Of a stretch of 64,000 nucleotides of DNA, positions 14,372-29,069 are shown one piece after another. Source of the DNA: Chrysomallon squamiferum (taxonomy: Eukaryota > Animalia > Mollusca). Every line of letters starts with the position of its first letter. Positions within the stretch are counted from its first letter, which is position 1. The translations under genes were made by a program, and so were the position numbers. The DNA is taken from NCBI GenBank assembly GCA_012295275.1, contig CM022670.1, positions 37,944,001 through 38,008,000 of the forward strand. Direction: 5' to 3'. A model generated the notes under the pieces. The model was not told where the DNA came from. It saw only the letters and a list, made by a program, of their open reading frames with translations, and did no database searches.

Positions 14372-14779
14372 CTGATAATATTCGACGATTTTGCACATGG
14401 CGTCGCCTAGGTACCACGTCTCCATCATCGTCTGCAGGTAGGACGGCGGCAGACAGAGAATTATCACCAGGAAGTCTGCCACGGCGAGGTTCACCAGGAA
14501 GATGTTCGTGGTTGTGCGGAGGTGGCGGTTTCGCCACACGGCCACGCACACGAGAAGGTTCCCGGTAACTCCGACCACGAACACGATGGCGTACAAGACG
14601 GTGAAGACCCAGTCGATGGGTTTGGGCTCGATGTACTCGTAGATGCACGTCAGGAGGTGTTCGTCGGACACGTAGCACTCCTCGTTGGGCGGGTGCTGGT
14701 AATGCTTGCAGATGCTTCTGTTGTATCGGACGACGAGTTCCGCGGTGTACACACACGATAAGTTCTTTAAATCCGACAT
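14372..14779 (-). CDS. HCRTR: Allatotropin/orexin receptor (class A GPCR), first coding exon: N-terminus, TM1, TM2, start of TM3
   Basis: YEYIEPKPIDWVFTVLYAIVFVVGVTGNLLVCVAVWRNRHLRTTTNIFLVNLAVADFLVIILCLPPSYLQTMMETWYLGDAMCKIVEYYQ closely matches orexin/allatotropin receptors. ATG at 14779; 408 nt; CAG|GTGAG phase-0 donor at 14371. Downstream exons not found in the window. Confidence 0.9.
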
Positions 14780-14973
14780 CTCCGAATATCCAAATATCAC
14801 CAAAAAAAAAACCCAAACAAACAAAACTTTCCCCACACGAATGGTTCCAAAAGTCTCAACAGTTGATGATGCGTTGTTTGCCAAGCGTCAAACTGTACAA
14901 AGCCTCTTCTCGGCTGCTTGACAAATTAAAAAGTTTTTCGCACATTTAAGAGAAAATTGAAAAAAAAATCCAA

Positions 14974-15004
<31 letters not shown>

Positions 15005-15297
15005 CCGTTTGAATACCAGCACCACAGCGAATTTCTTAATTTCTTTTTTTTTCTTCTTCTTTTTATTTTTTTATTATTATTATTATTTTTTTAATTAAAT
15101 TAATCACTCGGACTGCTACCGATCCAGCAAAAGACCCAACATTTATTTTAACCCCCTAAAACAAAAAATTCTGATTCTCTTCTCTTCTCTTGTCTCTTTT
15201 CTTATATAGATAAATAAGATAAGATAAGACAAGACACGAATATTGGTCTAAAGACCGAGCGAGTTCTGCGAGAGACAAACCCACCGACCAGTCGGCA

Positions 15298-15370
15298 TTT
15301 TTATAGGTTCGATTGCAACGCAGTCGACTGCGCTGGTCTCTCGTGTTATTGGCTTCGCCACCTTGATTGG
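15298..15370 (-). promoter_or_regulatory. Core promoter of the orexin/allatotropin receptor (TATA box plus two CCAAT boxes)
   Basis: Minus-strand TATAAAAA at 15305-15298; CCAAT at 15352-15348 and 15370-15366; perfect palindrome CGCAGTCGACTGCG at 15319-15332; CpG-rich, about 520 bp upstream of the ATG. Confidence 0.6.
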
Positions 15371-15465
15371 TCTTCGCGAAAAAACCAAGCGCTTCTGTGC
15401 GGGAATGGTCGCTACACTCTCTCAGCAGAGCTTCCGAGAACGAGACGAAACGAGACGCACAGACA

Positions 15466-15620
<155 letters not shown>

Positions 15621-15892
15621 AAGTCGTTAAGAGCAGAACTCATCTCGGCTTGATTCACACACTGTAGCGGAGTTGTAACGAGTTCAGGACTTTTTGCACA
15701 CGCCCTAGCAAAGCAATATTACCCAAAACAACAACAACAACAACAACAACAACAGCAACAACAGCGGCACGTAGTATATAGTTTATGCGTTAACCTTTAC
15801 AAAAACAATGGCATGTTTGATATTTTTTTTTTTTTTTTTGTTCTTCGAGTTTATTAAATATTAAAAGAAAATGCCGCTAATGTCGATTCTAG

Positions 15893-16078
15893 TTTGTGTG
15901 TGTGTATGTGTGTGTGTGTGTATGTGTGTGTGTGTGTATGTTTGTATGTATGTGTGTGTTTGTGTGTAGATATATATATATATATATGTATATGTGTATG
16001 TATGTATGTACGTATGTGTGTATGTATGTATGTATGTATGTATGTATCTATGTGTGTATGTATTTATGTATGTATGTG

Positions 16079-16112
<34 letters not shown>

Positions 16113-16315
16113 TGTATGTATGTATATATATGATATATATGCGTATATGTGTCTGTATATTTATTTATACATTTGTGTTTTATGATAGACACATACACAC
16201 AGATTCATAGACCGACATATATTTACATATGTATATAAATGTATGTATATATGTGTGCCTATGCTTATATGTATGTATGTACATGTGTATAGATGTGTAT
16301 ATGTGTATATGTAAG
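15893..16315. repeat. Compound (TG)n/(TATG)n microsatellite
   Basis: Directly visible. Confidence 0.9.
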
Positions 16316-16560
16316 TATCTCTCTGTATGCCTGGTATTTAATAACCTAAATATTTTGAAAACATATATAATACTATCGTACTTAAATAGCATTTATACAA
16401 CCATTAGGTAAATAATTAACTTAACAAACAATATAATTAACTGGAGAGAAAAAAAATGTCACGTTAATTAACCTTAATCTTTCGATAAAAATTAGAGTAA
16501 TAATTTATTAACCAATAATTTATTAACACGAGAGAAACATTGGTAAAGACAGGAACAAAA

Positions 16561-16593
<33 letters not shown>

Positions 16594-16946
16594 TGATGAT
16601 GATAAAGAAAAAAAAAACTAACTGAAAAGTATCTTTCAATTAATTTTTTCTCCTTCTTATAACTGAATTTATAGCAAATATGGAATGAAACGTACTTCAC
16701 TGGAACCAATTTTACTACAAATGGCAACTCAGAAGATGTTCACTTGTCATTTAATTGTGCAGAGAGAAAAAAAATTCAATTTCTTTACATTTGAAAAGGT
16801 AGCTAACGGCGAAAATCGATGTTTTGGATACAACCGTTTCCTTGCAAGTATGTAATGGTGTGACCTGTTTGCAGGATATTTAAAAAAAAAAAAATTAAAT
16901 TATAAAAAATTTCATTATTGTTTTTGTTTTTTATTTTATATATATA

Positions 16947-16992
<46 letters not shown>

Positions 16993-17057
16993 CACATACA
17001 CACACATATAGACTGTTTTGAAATATAATTAATGATAACGGTAGTAATAATAATAGC

Positions 17058-17114
<57 letters not shown>

Positions 17115-17551
17115 CATCATCATCATCATCATAAATAAATAAATAATAAATAAACAAAAAATACACAAACAAACAAATAAATAAATAATAAATTAATAAA
17201 CAAACAAACAAACAAACAAACAAACAAACAAACAAATAAATAAATAAATAAACAAACAAACAAATAAATAAATAATTTTAACAAAAACATAAGTACACCA
17301 CTGTTTTTAATAGTTTTATACTAACAAATATATTTTAACATTGTTGTTATTTTTAATAAAGAAAAAAACAAAAAAAACGAGGAAAAGTATTGATTTACAC
17401 TGACGGAAGTTTTGAGAAACATTTCATAAAGATAATTATTTCAAGCGAAACAGATGAAACATTTTACATCATTCCCCACGCTTTTGTCATCAATAAGGAA
17501 ATCCTCTTAGCACAGTAGTAACATCTGCAGTGTTTCCCATGCTAAATGAAA

Positions 17552-17576
17552 TGACGTCATTTGTTTATTGACGTCA
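17552..17576. promoter_or_regulatory. Tandem CRE sites flanking a forkhead-like site
   Basis: TGACGTCA at 17552-17559 and 17569-17576, separated by TTTGTTTAT. Confidence 0.4.
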
Positions 17577-17975
17577 CATTAATTCTCCTAGATACAGTTG
17601 CTACTGCACGTAACGTACAAAAAGAAAGGAATAAGACGAAAACTTGGTATAATTAGCTACGTTTGTACGATATATTTAATTTTATATTGTTTTGTTTTAT
17701 TTTGTTGGTTGATTTTTCATTTTCTTCATTTTTTTTTTTTATGTTTATTTTATCTACGTTTATATTATATATTTATTTATATACTGTCCTGTTTTAATTT
17801 TTTTTTATTTAATTTTTATTTCTCCATATATTTATGTTTCGACATTTGCACTGAAACATTCTTACTTTTTAAAGAAATGCAGAGAAGAAAAAAAAAAGAA
17901 CAAAATAATGAAAAGTAAAGAATATATTTTTCAATATTATATAATCTTACCTGGCAGAATTCCTTATTGTGTTAG

Positions 17976-18018
<43 letters not shown>

Positions 18019-19583
18019 ATTTGATACTTTATTTAACCTCAACACTTAGTATATTCAGTTCTATGACGAACGAACGAACGATGTACAGAAAAACATGTTT
18101 ATTGGTTTCCGCATCAAATCTGTTCTTCGAGTTAAGCAGTTGATGGCAGCTGACTTCTGTAGACTGTTCCCCAGTCGTAATTCATTAGACGAAGAAACGA
18201 AAATAGAAAAGTAAGCAAGAAGCCGTGACGTCTAATTCAGCTACACAGAAACAAAGCAACTTTCAGTGGCTTTCGTTTAGACACGGGGAAAGGTATGGGG
18301 AGTTTGTTGCAAAGTACGATGATGTATTATAGGAACGGCCTGTTGTTTGATATTAATAGAAATCTAGATATTAGTATATATGACTGACTGTATGTGTAAG
18401 TTTGAATATGTATATTATTTATGTTTGTATGTATTTATGTATGTATATATTTATGATGTGTATATATGTTATTTATGTTTGTATGTATTTATGTATGTAT
18501 ATATTTATGGTATGTATATATTTATGATATGTATATAAGTATTGATGTATGTATATATGTATGTACTGACGTACGTATGTACGTAAGTATGTAAGTAATG
18601 TATGTATGTATGTATGAACGTACATATGTATGTATGTATCTATTTATATGTGTATAAACAAGAAAAAACGGATTGAAAAATCTTTATTAAATATAGTTTT
18701 TCATTTGACATCTAAACAACTATATACTCCATACAATCTTAATTTAAGTATGTTTTATCTACTGACCTGCATAAAACAACAAACAGTCGATACACGTTGT
18801 GCTGAAGTGTTGATAAAATTTTATTCTTACGTCTATTTAAAAACTACTGACGTAAAACATACACCAACGAAATTATTAACTCATCGTTAATCATTGTTTT
18901 TATATACATTTTTTTTTGACTTATATATTTATTTTTCTAAATTAATATTATAGCCGGTTTGCTAACTGACTCCTAACGATGTTCATGACATAAAAAAAAA
19001 CAACAAAAAAAAAAACAACCAACGCTCACGTAGATATTTTCCCAGTTTCCCCCACCGTGTTGCATTTTACTGTAAACATCTTTGATAAAGTACTTAAGCT
19101 CACGTCCCGCAGGTAATTTCCTCTACCCACACATAACGAGAACATCTGGACAAGACATTTATGGTCTGAACTACGACTCGCTTCAGAGAAAAACAACACT
19201 GAGTTTGGAGAACGAGTAAAATAGAAATCAGTCGTAAAGTGTTTATTTGCTTGGCACAGTCTTACGACTGGCGAACGTTGTAAGTAATTAGACAGTCGCC
19301 GAAATGAGCACTAACAGCTGGTGTTTAGACGTATTTGTTAGTGGGTTTTAGTACTGGTTGTATTAAGAGTAGTTACAAAATAGTTGTTGTTGTTGTTGTG
19401 TAAATAGCTGTAGTAGCAGTAGTAGTAGTAGTAGTAAGGGCGAGAGTAGTAATACGAATAGAAGGAGAATTAGTAGTAGAAGTAGTAATTGAAGTAGAAT
19501 GGCAGTAGCAGTAGTAGCAGTAGGTTTTTAAACAGTTATTGTCAGTTGATGATATTATCAGCATAAAAACATTATCATGATCC

Positions 19584-19617
<34 letters not shown>

Positions 19618-19920
19618 CATCCTTATTACTACTACAACTACTACTATTATTATCATTACAATCACTATTATCTGTAAAACTTTTTTTTTCTGTCTTGTAA
19701 AATGACGAACTCCCATATTTTGCTATAATCAACCCTTCTGTTCATTCTTATTTACACAACCCTTCTTTTTTTTCTTTTTTTTTTTCCCCGTCTCTTTCAT
19801 TTCTCTTTTACCGTTATTATTTTAAGCGTTACGTTCCGCTTTGAATAACGTGGCCAGTAATAATTTGCATTCTGCAAAGCGTAATGAACCTCACATTCAA
19901 AACCTGAGGCGCCGAAAAAG

Positions 19921-19954
<34 letters not shown>

Positions 19955-20696
19955 AGCAACAACCAAAAAAACACATTCTGACGTGATGCGCTAAAATTGA
20001 ATATCAGATTTATTGTAGTGTTTTACCACTCCGTCACTCCATCACGCAGATTGCTTGATTTTTATTGACTTAATATGAATTCTGACAGCCATTAATTCTC
20101 ATGTGATACGCTAGCAACCGAGATTCAATACATTCGTGCGCACGACAGTCATGAAAGAAAAAAAGAAACAGCTGAATGAAACGGTGATTCCAAGCCAATA
20201 AGTTAATATTAAGGTGACGATCCCTTAGTTAATGGAGAAGAAGAAGAAGAAAAAAAAAAAAAAAAAAAAAATACAACCGCCCACCAACGTCTGAGTTTCA
20301 GATCGTTATGGTTTAGAATTATTCCGTATTTGCATGTCTTCCACGCTTTAATCCTGACCTGCCTGCCAGTGTCGATGCAATTTGTGCAGCTGAATGTTTG
20401 CGGTAGGATTGAGAAATAAACGAGTTAACAAGAGTTAATCCTGCAAAGTTTCGTGGGTGTTTTTTTTAAATAAAATTTTATGAACTGTCAACACGTAAAT
20501 GAAAGACACAGATCTCTGTGTGTTGTAAATGAACAAGATGGACTCTGAATACAGAGCAGAAGTGGGATCGATGCATGTCATCCGCTGCTTGTTTTTTTAT
20601 CTCTTGTTCTTTGTTACTATTATTATTATTATCAACATCATCATCGTCGTTATCGCCATTATTATTATTGTTGTTGTTGTTGTTGTTGTCGTTATT

Positions 20697-20699
<3 letters not shown>

Positions 20700-20734
<35 letters not shown>

Positions 20735-20840
20735 CCCCACACACACACACATATATATATATACTTATATATATATATATATATACACATCTCTATATAA
20801 ACATATATATCTATATGTGTGTCTGTGTATATATATATTT

Positions 20841-20881
<41 letters not shown>

Positions 20882-21050
20882 AAATTTATATACACACATA
20901 TATACATACATATATATATATATATACACAGACACACATACATACATACATATATACATATATACAAACATATACACAAACACACACATATATTCATACA
21001 TTCATACAATCATACATTCAACATACATTCATACATACATACACACACAC
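20700..21050. repeat. Compound (TA)n/(CA)n/(CATA)n microsatellite
   Basis: Directly visible. Confidence 0.85.
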
Positions 21051-21546
21051 AATGACGTGATTCTCTGAACGTTACTAACTCCAAATCGAGTTTGTCTGTG
21101 AGGTTAAAATGGCCGTCTATTCCTCTGACATTTCTTCACAGTTTACCAGAGACATTTAATTAACGTAAATATTTCTTTTATCTATTAACAATACCGGAAT
21201 ACAAAGCACGTGTTTGAGAGGCTTTCTGCAATGATATACTTTAAAATCACATTACGCTGTTTCCTCTCTGTTGCCAAAGTTCCTGGCGCCAGTGGACTGT
21301 AGAGGTGTATGTAATTGTGTTTCATACACAGACAAAATGTCAGAAGACGGGCTAGAAAAACAATGAGTTCTTGTATGTGTGTTTTGTTAATACTTCTTTT
21401 TATTCATAGTGTTGTTTCCATTCTCATCGTCGTTGTTATAGCAATTGTTCTTTTTCTTGTTTTTGTTGTAGTAATTGTAGGAGTAATATCAGTTTTCAGT
21501 GGTAACAGTATTCAATTTCCAGAATATGTTTAAAGCATATGAATCC

Positions 21547-21615
<69 letters not shown>

Positions 21616-23033
21616 CATTATTATTATTATTCGATACTTCGAGAGAAAAAACGTTAGTTAATGTTGATCTACGAAAACATTTCTGTAGAAAAACATTAAT
21701 ATTAACCTGAATATGTTTTCAACACATATTCCATCTTCAAGTAAATAACTATATAATCAACCGTCTTTGTACTAATAATCACAAGGTTTACATTTAAAAT
21801 TGTTCGGGTTTTGTTTTTTTTAAAATTATTATTTGTGAAAATTACATAATTCACGTCGGTATCTCAAAATAACTTCTCACAAGATATATTGGTCTTGAAA
21901 AGTCAAAAATAAAAATTAAAAAAAAACAAACAAACAACAATAACACAAAGAAAAAAAACAAAAACATCAAAGTTTCTGATAACCAGTTTCTTTTCATACA
22001 GATACAAGTGTTCTTTCGGGCGCCAGGGTTCGGTGCCATCAAAGCTTGAGCAGAGATATTCCAGAAGAAGATAATTCAATGCCGAAATCATTGAAGCTGC
22101 GTGTCAGATACAATGTGACATGAACCTTCTTTGTTCGCTTCAGAAATGAAGTCATCACTGCTGGAAACTTACAACAGTCAGACGTGTTGAATTCCATTAC
22201 TGGAATTTTACACAAAGCGATTCTCCTTTCAGTTCACTTTACGACACGACTAAAGTATTTTACTTTTCAATGCAGAAAACGATAATTAATTTTTTTTTTT
22301 TTGTCGTCGTCGTTGTCGTCGTTGTTGTTGTTGTTGTTGTTTGCAATACCTTGTTTCTCCAGCTACATCAAATGGTTTTTGTTTATTTTTATTTTTTCGG
22401 TTTGCCAGAGAGTTTGACAAGAAAACGTTTAGTAAAGTCAGCGTATTTAGTAGTACATTTAGTCCTTAATAACGTTTTGCTCCTTTCAGGTCCTTCACCT
22501 CATTCTGAACGTCAAGTTAAAAAAATATATATACATCACAGTGACTACGTTTTGGAGTGACAGTTTTCTCAAACACTTCTTGTGCTTCGTTTCACCGCAA
22601 AGTACATCTCGGGGCTGTTGGTGTGAACAGTTTCCGCGTTACTAAACTCCGATCCGAGTTTGTCTGACGGGCTAAAACGGTTGTATGCTTCTCTGAAATT
22701 TCTCTACAGTTTGCAAGAGACATTTGTTTGTTTCCTCGTAAATTTGTCTGTTGATCGTTTAATCATCCCGTTTAGCAATAGAGAAACATTTTACAGTACA
22801 AAACGATATATCTGTTTAAATGGAATGTAAATGATTTAGTTCTGGAACTTATGGAGAAGATATTTTAATAATTTAAAAAAAAAAAAAAAAAAAAAAAGTA
22901 GAGGTGTTGTTAATTATGTTCAGTGATGTGATTTGTGAAATCATTAGTAATTAAGTGTAGTAAGTAAAGGGGTTATGGGCACTTAAAAATTAGTGGTTTT
23001 TGTTGTTGTTGTTTTTGTTTTTCTCTCTTGTTC

Positions 23034-23104
<71 letters not shown>

Positions 23105-25221
23105 TACTACTACTACTACTACTACTACTACAATCATCATTATTATTACCTTTAGTATAAAGAGCCTGATGTATTCTTATATACTTCTGTATGATTTTTA
23201 CTAGTTCCTTGACATAAAACAATTCAACAAACAATAGATTCTTAACAATGAATAAAATTTGAACCTTACTATTTAGTTATATACGAAAGGATGGAAAATA
23301 AAAGAACAGGAAAATATCATTTTTCATTCATTCCTGCTTATTTGTTATTTTATTGCTGTTGGTAAATAAGTACATTTTTTTATTATTTTATTTTTGCAAT
23401 CTTTTGTGATTGAAACAGAAGTGTTTGGGTTTTCTAAAATGAAATTCAAAGTCAGTATTTAGATATTTGTACACTGATTCATTCAAGCACATAATTATGT
23501 GTCATTTAATTCGCTTTATAGAATATATGTCACATGGTTCAGTCACGAGTGAAATGAAATCACGAGTTTAAATCCCGTTTACTGAAAAACTTCTACGAAC
23601 TTTTGTTCCAAAACCATATTTGTCTGACAGCTTTAGCTTAAATAATTGCAGTAGTTTTATCTTAACAACTAACCACGCAAATTTCACACCCACTGTGTTT
23701 GTCTTACTGAACTTTGACACTTAAGTAATTTAAGCATACGTCTTTTTATTATTATTTTTAATTTCTACCCTTAATATATTATCATCTAAATTTCTCCTTT
23801 TGAAAAAACAAAACAAATAGAATTTGATTTTCTTAAGGACGTTTTCGAATTTTTCTTGAATGGGTTATATGAAATTAAATTTAAAAAAAAGAAGAAATTC
23901 GATTCTGCTAGAATCAAATAGACATTATTTCTACTCTTTTTAGCAAGAATCCATCAAAACGTGACCTGATTGAATACAACATCGACAAACGTTCGCTTTG
24001 ACGCTTTTTGTAAAATAACAATACGTTAAAAAAAAAAAAAAAAAAAAATGAAAGAAAATACTGAGACGATGAGTAAATTAACATAGAGAAAGCTCATTAG
24101 ACAAACAGACACACAAAAAAAAAAACAAATCCCAGAGAGACAGACACACAACAAACATGCTAACAGATATACAGCGATAGAGACAGACATACGGACAAGC
24201 AAATTAGTGTCTGACTGAAAGGAGGAAATTAAACATAGAGACAACAGATAGTTCAGTAGTCCTGTGGACAAACAGACACAAACCCAGCAAAGTATAAGGG
24301 CAGATATTAGACTGTTAGACACATACGTAGACGTGTATCTAGAAAGGTAAATGTACGTGCACATATAGGAAAATATAAACGTATATTTAATTATATGTCA
24401 GTATAGTAAGACAAGAGAATTTACAGAAACTTAAACAGAGTTAAAACAAAAATTAATAAATAAAAGATGGACAAAATTTGATACTTGGTTTGTTAATTAT
24501 AACTTACAAAGCTATTTATTTATTTATTTCATTTTAATATTATTATTATTATTATTACTATGATTATTATTATTACCATTTATTTTTATTATTATTATCA
24601 TTATTATTATTACTATTACTATTATTATTATTACTATGATTATTATATGATTATTATTATTATTATTATTATTATCATTATGACTATTACTGTTTTTATT
24701 TTATATATATATATACATTTTTTTTAATAAATTTTTTTTTTCTCAAAAATATTTTGTTTTCAATATACATTTTAGCGCCCATCTTCTTAGCTGTTGCGAC
24801 GTTGGTGCACACACACACACTGGACACAGCAGTGTATCGATCAAACACGTTCCCACCAACCTCCACCTACTAGTTACCGTGCCGCACACAATCTCGCGTT
24901 TTATTGTTATTATTAATTTTATGAATAGAAAACCAATTCATCAGCGCACGAGGCCAACGAGACTGTGAAGCAGACTTGTGCTTTGTGATAACGTTAGTCC
25001 AGCAATTTTAATTTTTCTTTTTTATTAATTTTTTTTTTTCTATATCTAATAAGACGATGCTTGCTGATCGTGACGTGTACACACAGACAGACAGACAAAA
25101 AGACGATAGGATGGGGGATGTTCTTGTTTGTGTATCAGTTTGTGTGACGCCGAATGTCATATATAACCAATCAGAGTGGCGACTTAAGAATCTCCGTCAA
25201 CGGTTCAGCAGCAGCAACAGC

Positions 25222-25258
<37 letters not shown>

Positions 25259-26611
25259 GCAATAAAATAAGAATAATTTAGCAACAATTATTATTATTAT
25301 TATCACTATTATTATTAATTATTAATTAATTATTATTAATAATAATAATAATAATAAGGATATGATGATGATGATGATAACAACGGCCTGCAATAATGTC
25401 CCAATAAAATATTATAATCAAATATCTTGTTACATCGTAATAATAATCTTTGTGAAAATAATAATAATAATAATAATAATAAATTATCTCAGAGAGTAAT
25501 AACAGATAGAGAGTCTCGATATTAAGAAATACAAATTGCACCAAGATTTCGTAATAAAAATACTATTCATATAAACTCTTCTCAAAATGTAAATAGTTAA
25601 ATTAATTGTTTTTGGGATGAACTAAAATGTTAAAAGAGATAACCAGAAAGATTCTGTTACATCGATGTCAGATTTAAGCAGATTATAATCTAGAACAATC
25701 TTACTTGTAAAATCAGTGGTACGAAAAATAACCAAATTTGCCGAAGTTACCATTCTCTGTCGAAGATTTACGAACATCTGGTACAAGATTTTCTCAAAGA
25801 TACGATATAACAAGCATATCTTTTTATATTTGATTATATTATTTTACACTGGGCATCATCTTCATTGTGAATCGTTGTTATCTTTATCATTATCGTCATC
25901 CTTATTAATAATTATTGCTGTTACTGTAATAATAATAATAACAGCAACAATAACAACAATAATAAATTATTGGTGTTGTTGTTGAACTATCTGACGGAGA
26001 CTCTAAAGCTGCCACACTGATTATTTGCTGGTGTCTATTCTCAACTGCTGATTTCAGAAATGACGTCAAAATGAACACGAAATCTTAATTTAGACGTCCA
26101 GCAGTTACTGTTTGAAGCAGTTAATCTTCAAAACGTGATATTAAAAAAGACGAGAGCATTTCGTTCGTGACTGGAAACAATGGATGCCTGATGATAATAA
26201 AAACATGCTATGAAGCCTGTGAACTGTCATTTGCAGAGACACAAACAATGAGAAGACTTAAAACGTCAGCATGTGGACGTTTGCAGTGCTTGGAAGTGTA
26301 ATTCGTGGTAGGGTGGGGGAAACCAAGTACGCACACAGTGCACACACTGTATCTATAAATGGTGGTTAGAGATAAACCACAAACGGGTTAGTGCATATAA
26401 ACGGAGAATGTTGCATAGTCAGATCTGAATCTGTCTGTCTTTCTATGTATCTGTATAATCCATCTGTTGGTTTGACTACGTTTAATTTAATTTAATATAA
26501 CCTGCTGTATAATATACCAAATTCCCTAAACAATTTTTTTTCTAATTCTTTAGTTAAAAACCTTTATGTGTATGTTAATGTATCTACGAGTACGTAATGC
26601 AATGGATATAC

Positions 26612-26648
<37 letters not shown>

Positions 26649-27298
26649 CATACATACATACATACACATACACACTGTGAATGTGTCTGTGTGTTTCTGT
26701 GCACGTGCATGTGTTCGCGCGATTGTCTCAGCAATCTCGTTCGTCTTCATTGATCAGATATAACTAACAACGAAGCAGTTTTCAGCACGACGCAAGTATC
26801 AATATTCTCGTCAGACTCAGCCAGTGAGAGGCGGTTGACACTTCGCACGCAGACTAACTCAGATAACGCTTCGAGTGGTTAATAACTTGTTCGTTCATTC
26901 ATTCACGACGTGCCGAGAAATTTCTCCAGATTTGCCAGTTCTCTGTCCTACTGCTGGCTTTGCGAGAAGGACCAGAACGAGCGACACACACACACACACA
27001 CACACACACGTCTACGCAGTCCGCGGTATGTTTTCGGTGAAACCAGGTCGAAAAATGTTGCTGTGTGATCCGCAGCTTGTGAAGAATCTAAGACTGCAAG
27101 TTGGCTTCGTCTTTGAGAATGACCGGCAATTTCCTTTTAGATATTACTACGCCATGTGCAATAATCTTCTGCTACTGAAGCATTATACGACAAGTGTGAC
27201 TGTATATAGTTCAGAAGTGAATTCAGAGTTTCATTAAAAAAATAAATAATAAATAAATAAAAATAAAAATAATAATAATAATAATAATATATAAATAG

Positions 27299-27352
<54 letters not shown>

Positions 27353-27949
27353 GTATAAAATGTTGATGCTATCACTGTGTTTTAAAACTTTCAAGATTAA
27401 ATAAGTTCGCGATAAAGAAAGATTTTGAGACAAGCATGTCTGTTATATCCTGATGAAGTATTTTGTTGCCGACTAAAAAGTTATTATAAAAAAATGTACT
27501 TAATGCTCTTGTTAGAGAAAATCTGCATGAATGTGCTTCACCACTGTTATTTAATTTCACGTCAGTTGTAATGCTGCTTAATCTTATTCATAAATATTAT
27601 TATGCGAATATATTCATATGTCTTCGTGTAATTTAAAAATACATTCCTGTGTTTTCTGTGAGAGTGTGTGTTAGCCAAATATTTCTTAAGTGTTTAATTC
27701 CTCTTCTTCTTTTTCTTCTTCTTCTTCTTCTTATTATTATTACATCTACTACTACTATTACTACCACTACTTCCACTAGTATTAATACGTCCGCTTCTGA
27801 TTCTACTACTATTGTTCTTACCCTTATTATTATTATTGTTGTTGTTGTTGTTGTTGTTGTCGTCGTCGCTGTTGTTGTCATCGTTGATGTTGTTTTACCA
27901 TACTTATCATTAATCATATTTTTCTTTACATTTTCCACATTTAATTATA

Positions 27950-27980
<31 letters not shown>

Positions 27981-28733
27981 GTTGTTCTTTTTTTTTTTTT
28001 TTTTTTTTTTATTTTATTTTTTTTTATTATAATTTTTATTTATTTAGTTCTTTTTTATATCGCTTTAAGAAAAATATTCTCATTGTATCTACACTGCTAA
28101 ACAAAAAAACTGCCTCGCTACGCGTTTCACAACTCAAAACTCAAAACTCAGGTACTTTTTGCACGACACAGATAAATTTCTCGGCCAAATCAATGACTCG
28201 ATATTTTATTTCGCGAGGCGTCGCTAACAGTTTTAGCTCAAGCGGGATGTTACGGCAGAAATGGGAAACTCATGCGCACAGATATTACACACGAAATTGT
28301 TAAATTGATTTAAATGATTTTTGTGTTAGTCCCCACGACTTTGACCGCGACGCTAATTTCATTTCGGCTAATTGCGTCTTGCCCGGTGGTCCCAAGAAGA
28401 AGAAGAAGAAGAAGAAGAAGAAGCTTTCTGTAAGCCATATTAGATGAACGTCAGACGAACTGCGCTCATCGACCTCGTTCTGGAATAAAAAAAAGGGGCG
28501 TCGCGCGTGCGTTTACGCGGCATCTTCACGTTGGCGTGAAATCACGTTGTTGCCCTCGTTTTCCCTCTGCAATCAGGTCAAACGCTTGACGGTCCCGAGA
28601 ACAAATGTTTTTTTAACACTGGTGAACAACCGCGACGTGTTGATTGTCAGACACGACGACGTCCGTGGTAATCTGCGTCGTGTCGACTTCTGAGGTCGTT
28701 TCGTGAACTTCCGTTATCGCCATTACTGTTTTT

Positions 28734-28958
28734 ATCACCATCCCTCTCACCATTGTTTTTACGTGTTGATGCTTCTGCCACTGCTACTGTACAACAACAA
28801 CTACTACTACTACAGCTACTATTACAAGTAGTAGTAGTAGCAGTTGTTATCACCATCCCTCACCATTGTTTTTACGTTTTGATGCTTCTACCACTACTAC
28901 TGTACAACAACTACAACTACTACTACAGCTACTATTACAAGTAGTAGTAGAAGTAGTC
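28734..28958. repeat. Tandem duplication of about 115 bp
   Basis: Both copies begin atcaccatccct (28734, 28849) and share cattgtttttacgt..gatgcttct..ctactattacaagtagtagtag. Confidence 0.8.
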
Positions 28959-29035
28959 GAAACATTTATTACACATCTATCTCTATTACAACTACTGTTT
29001 TCTACTACTATTACTACTACTACTACTACTACTAC

Positions 29036-29069
<34 letters not shown>

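Noticed and set aside
14780-14884. TTG-initiated hydrophobic N-terminal extension of the orexin receptor ORF
   Set aside because: Non-ATG start; hydrophobicity comes from T-rich UTR sequence; ATG 14779 gives a normal N-terminus.
14260-14921. Overlapping alternative-frame and antisense ORFs around the receptor exon
   Set aside because: By-products of high GC content in the true exon.
17944-17960. CTTACCTGGCAG, matching the U1 snRNA 5' end
   Set aside because: No further U1 sequence or Sm site; it is the complement of a strong splice donor.
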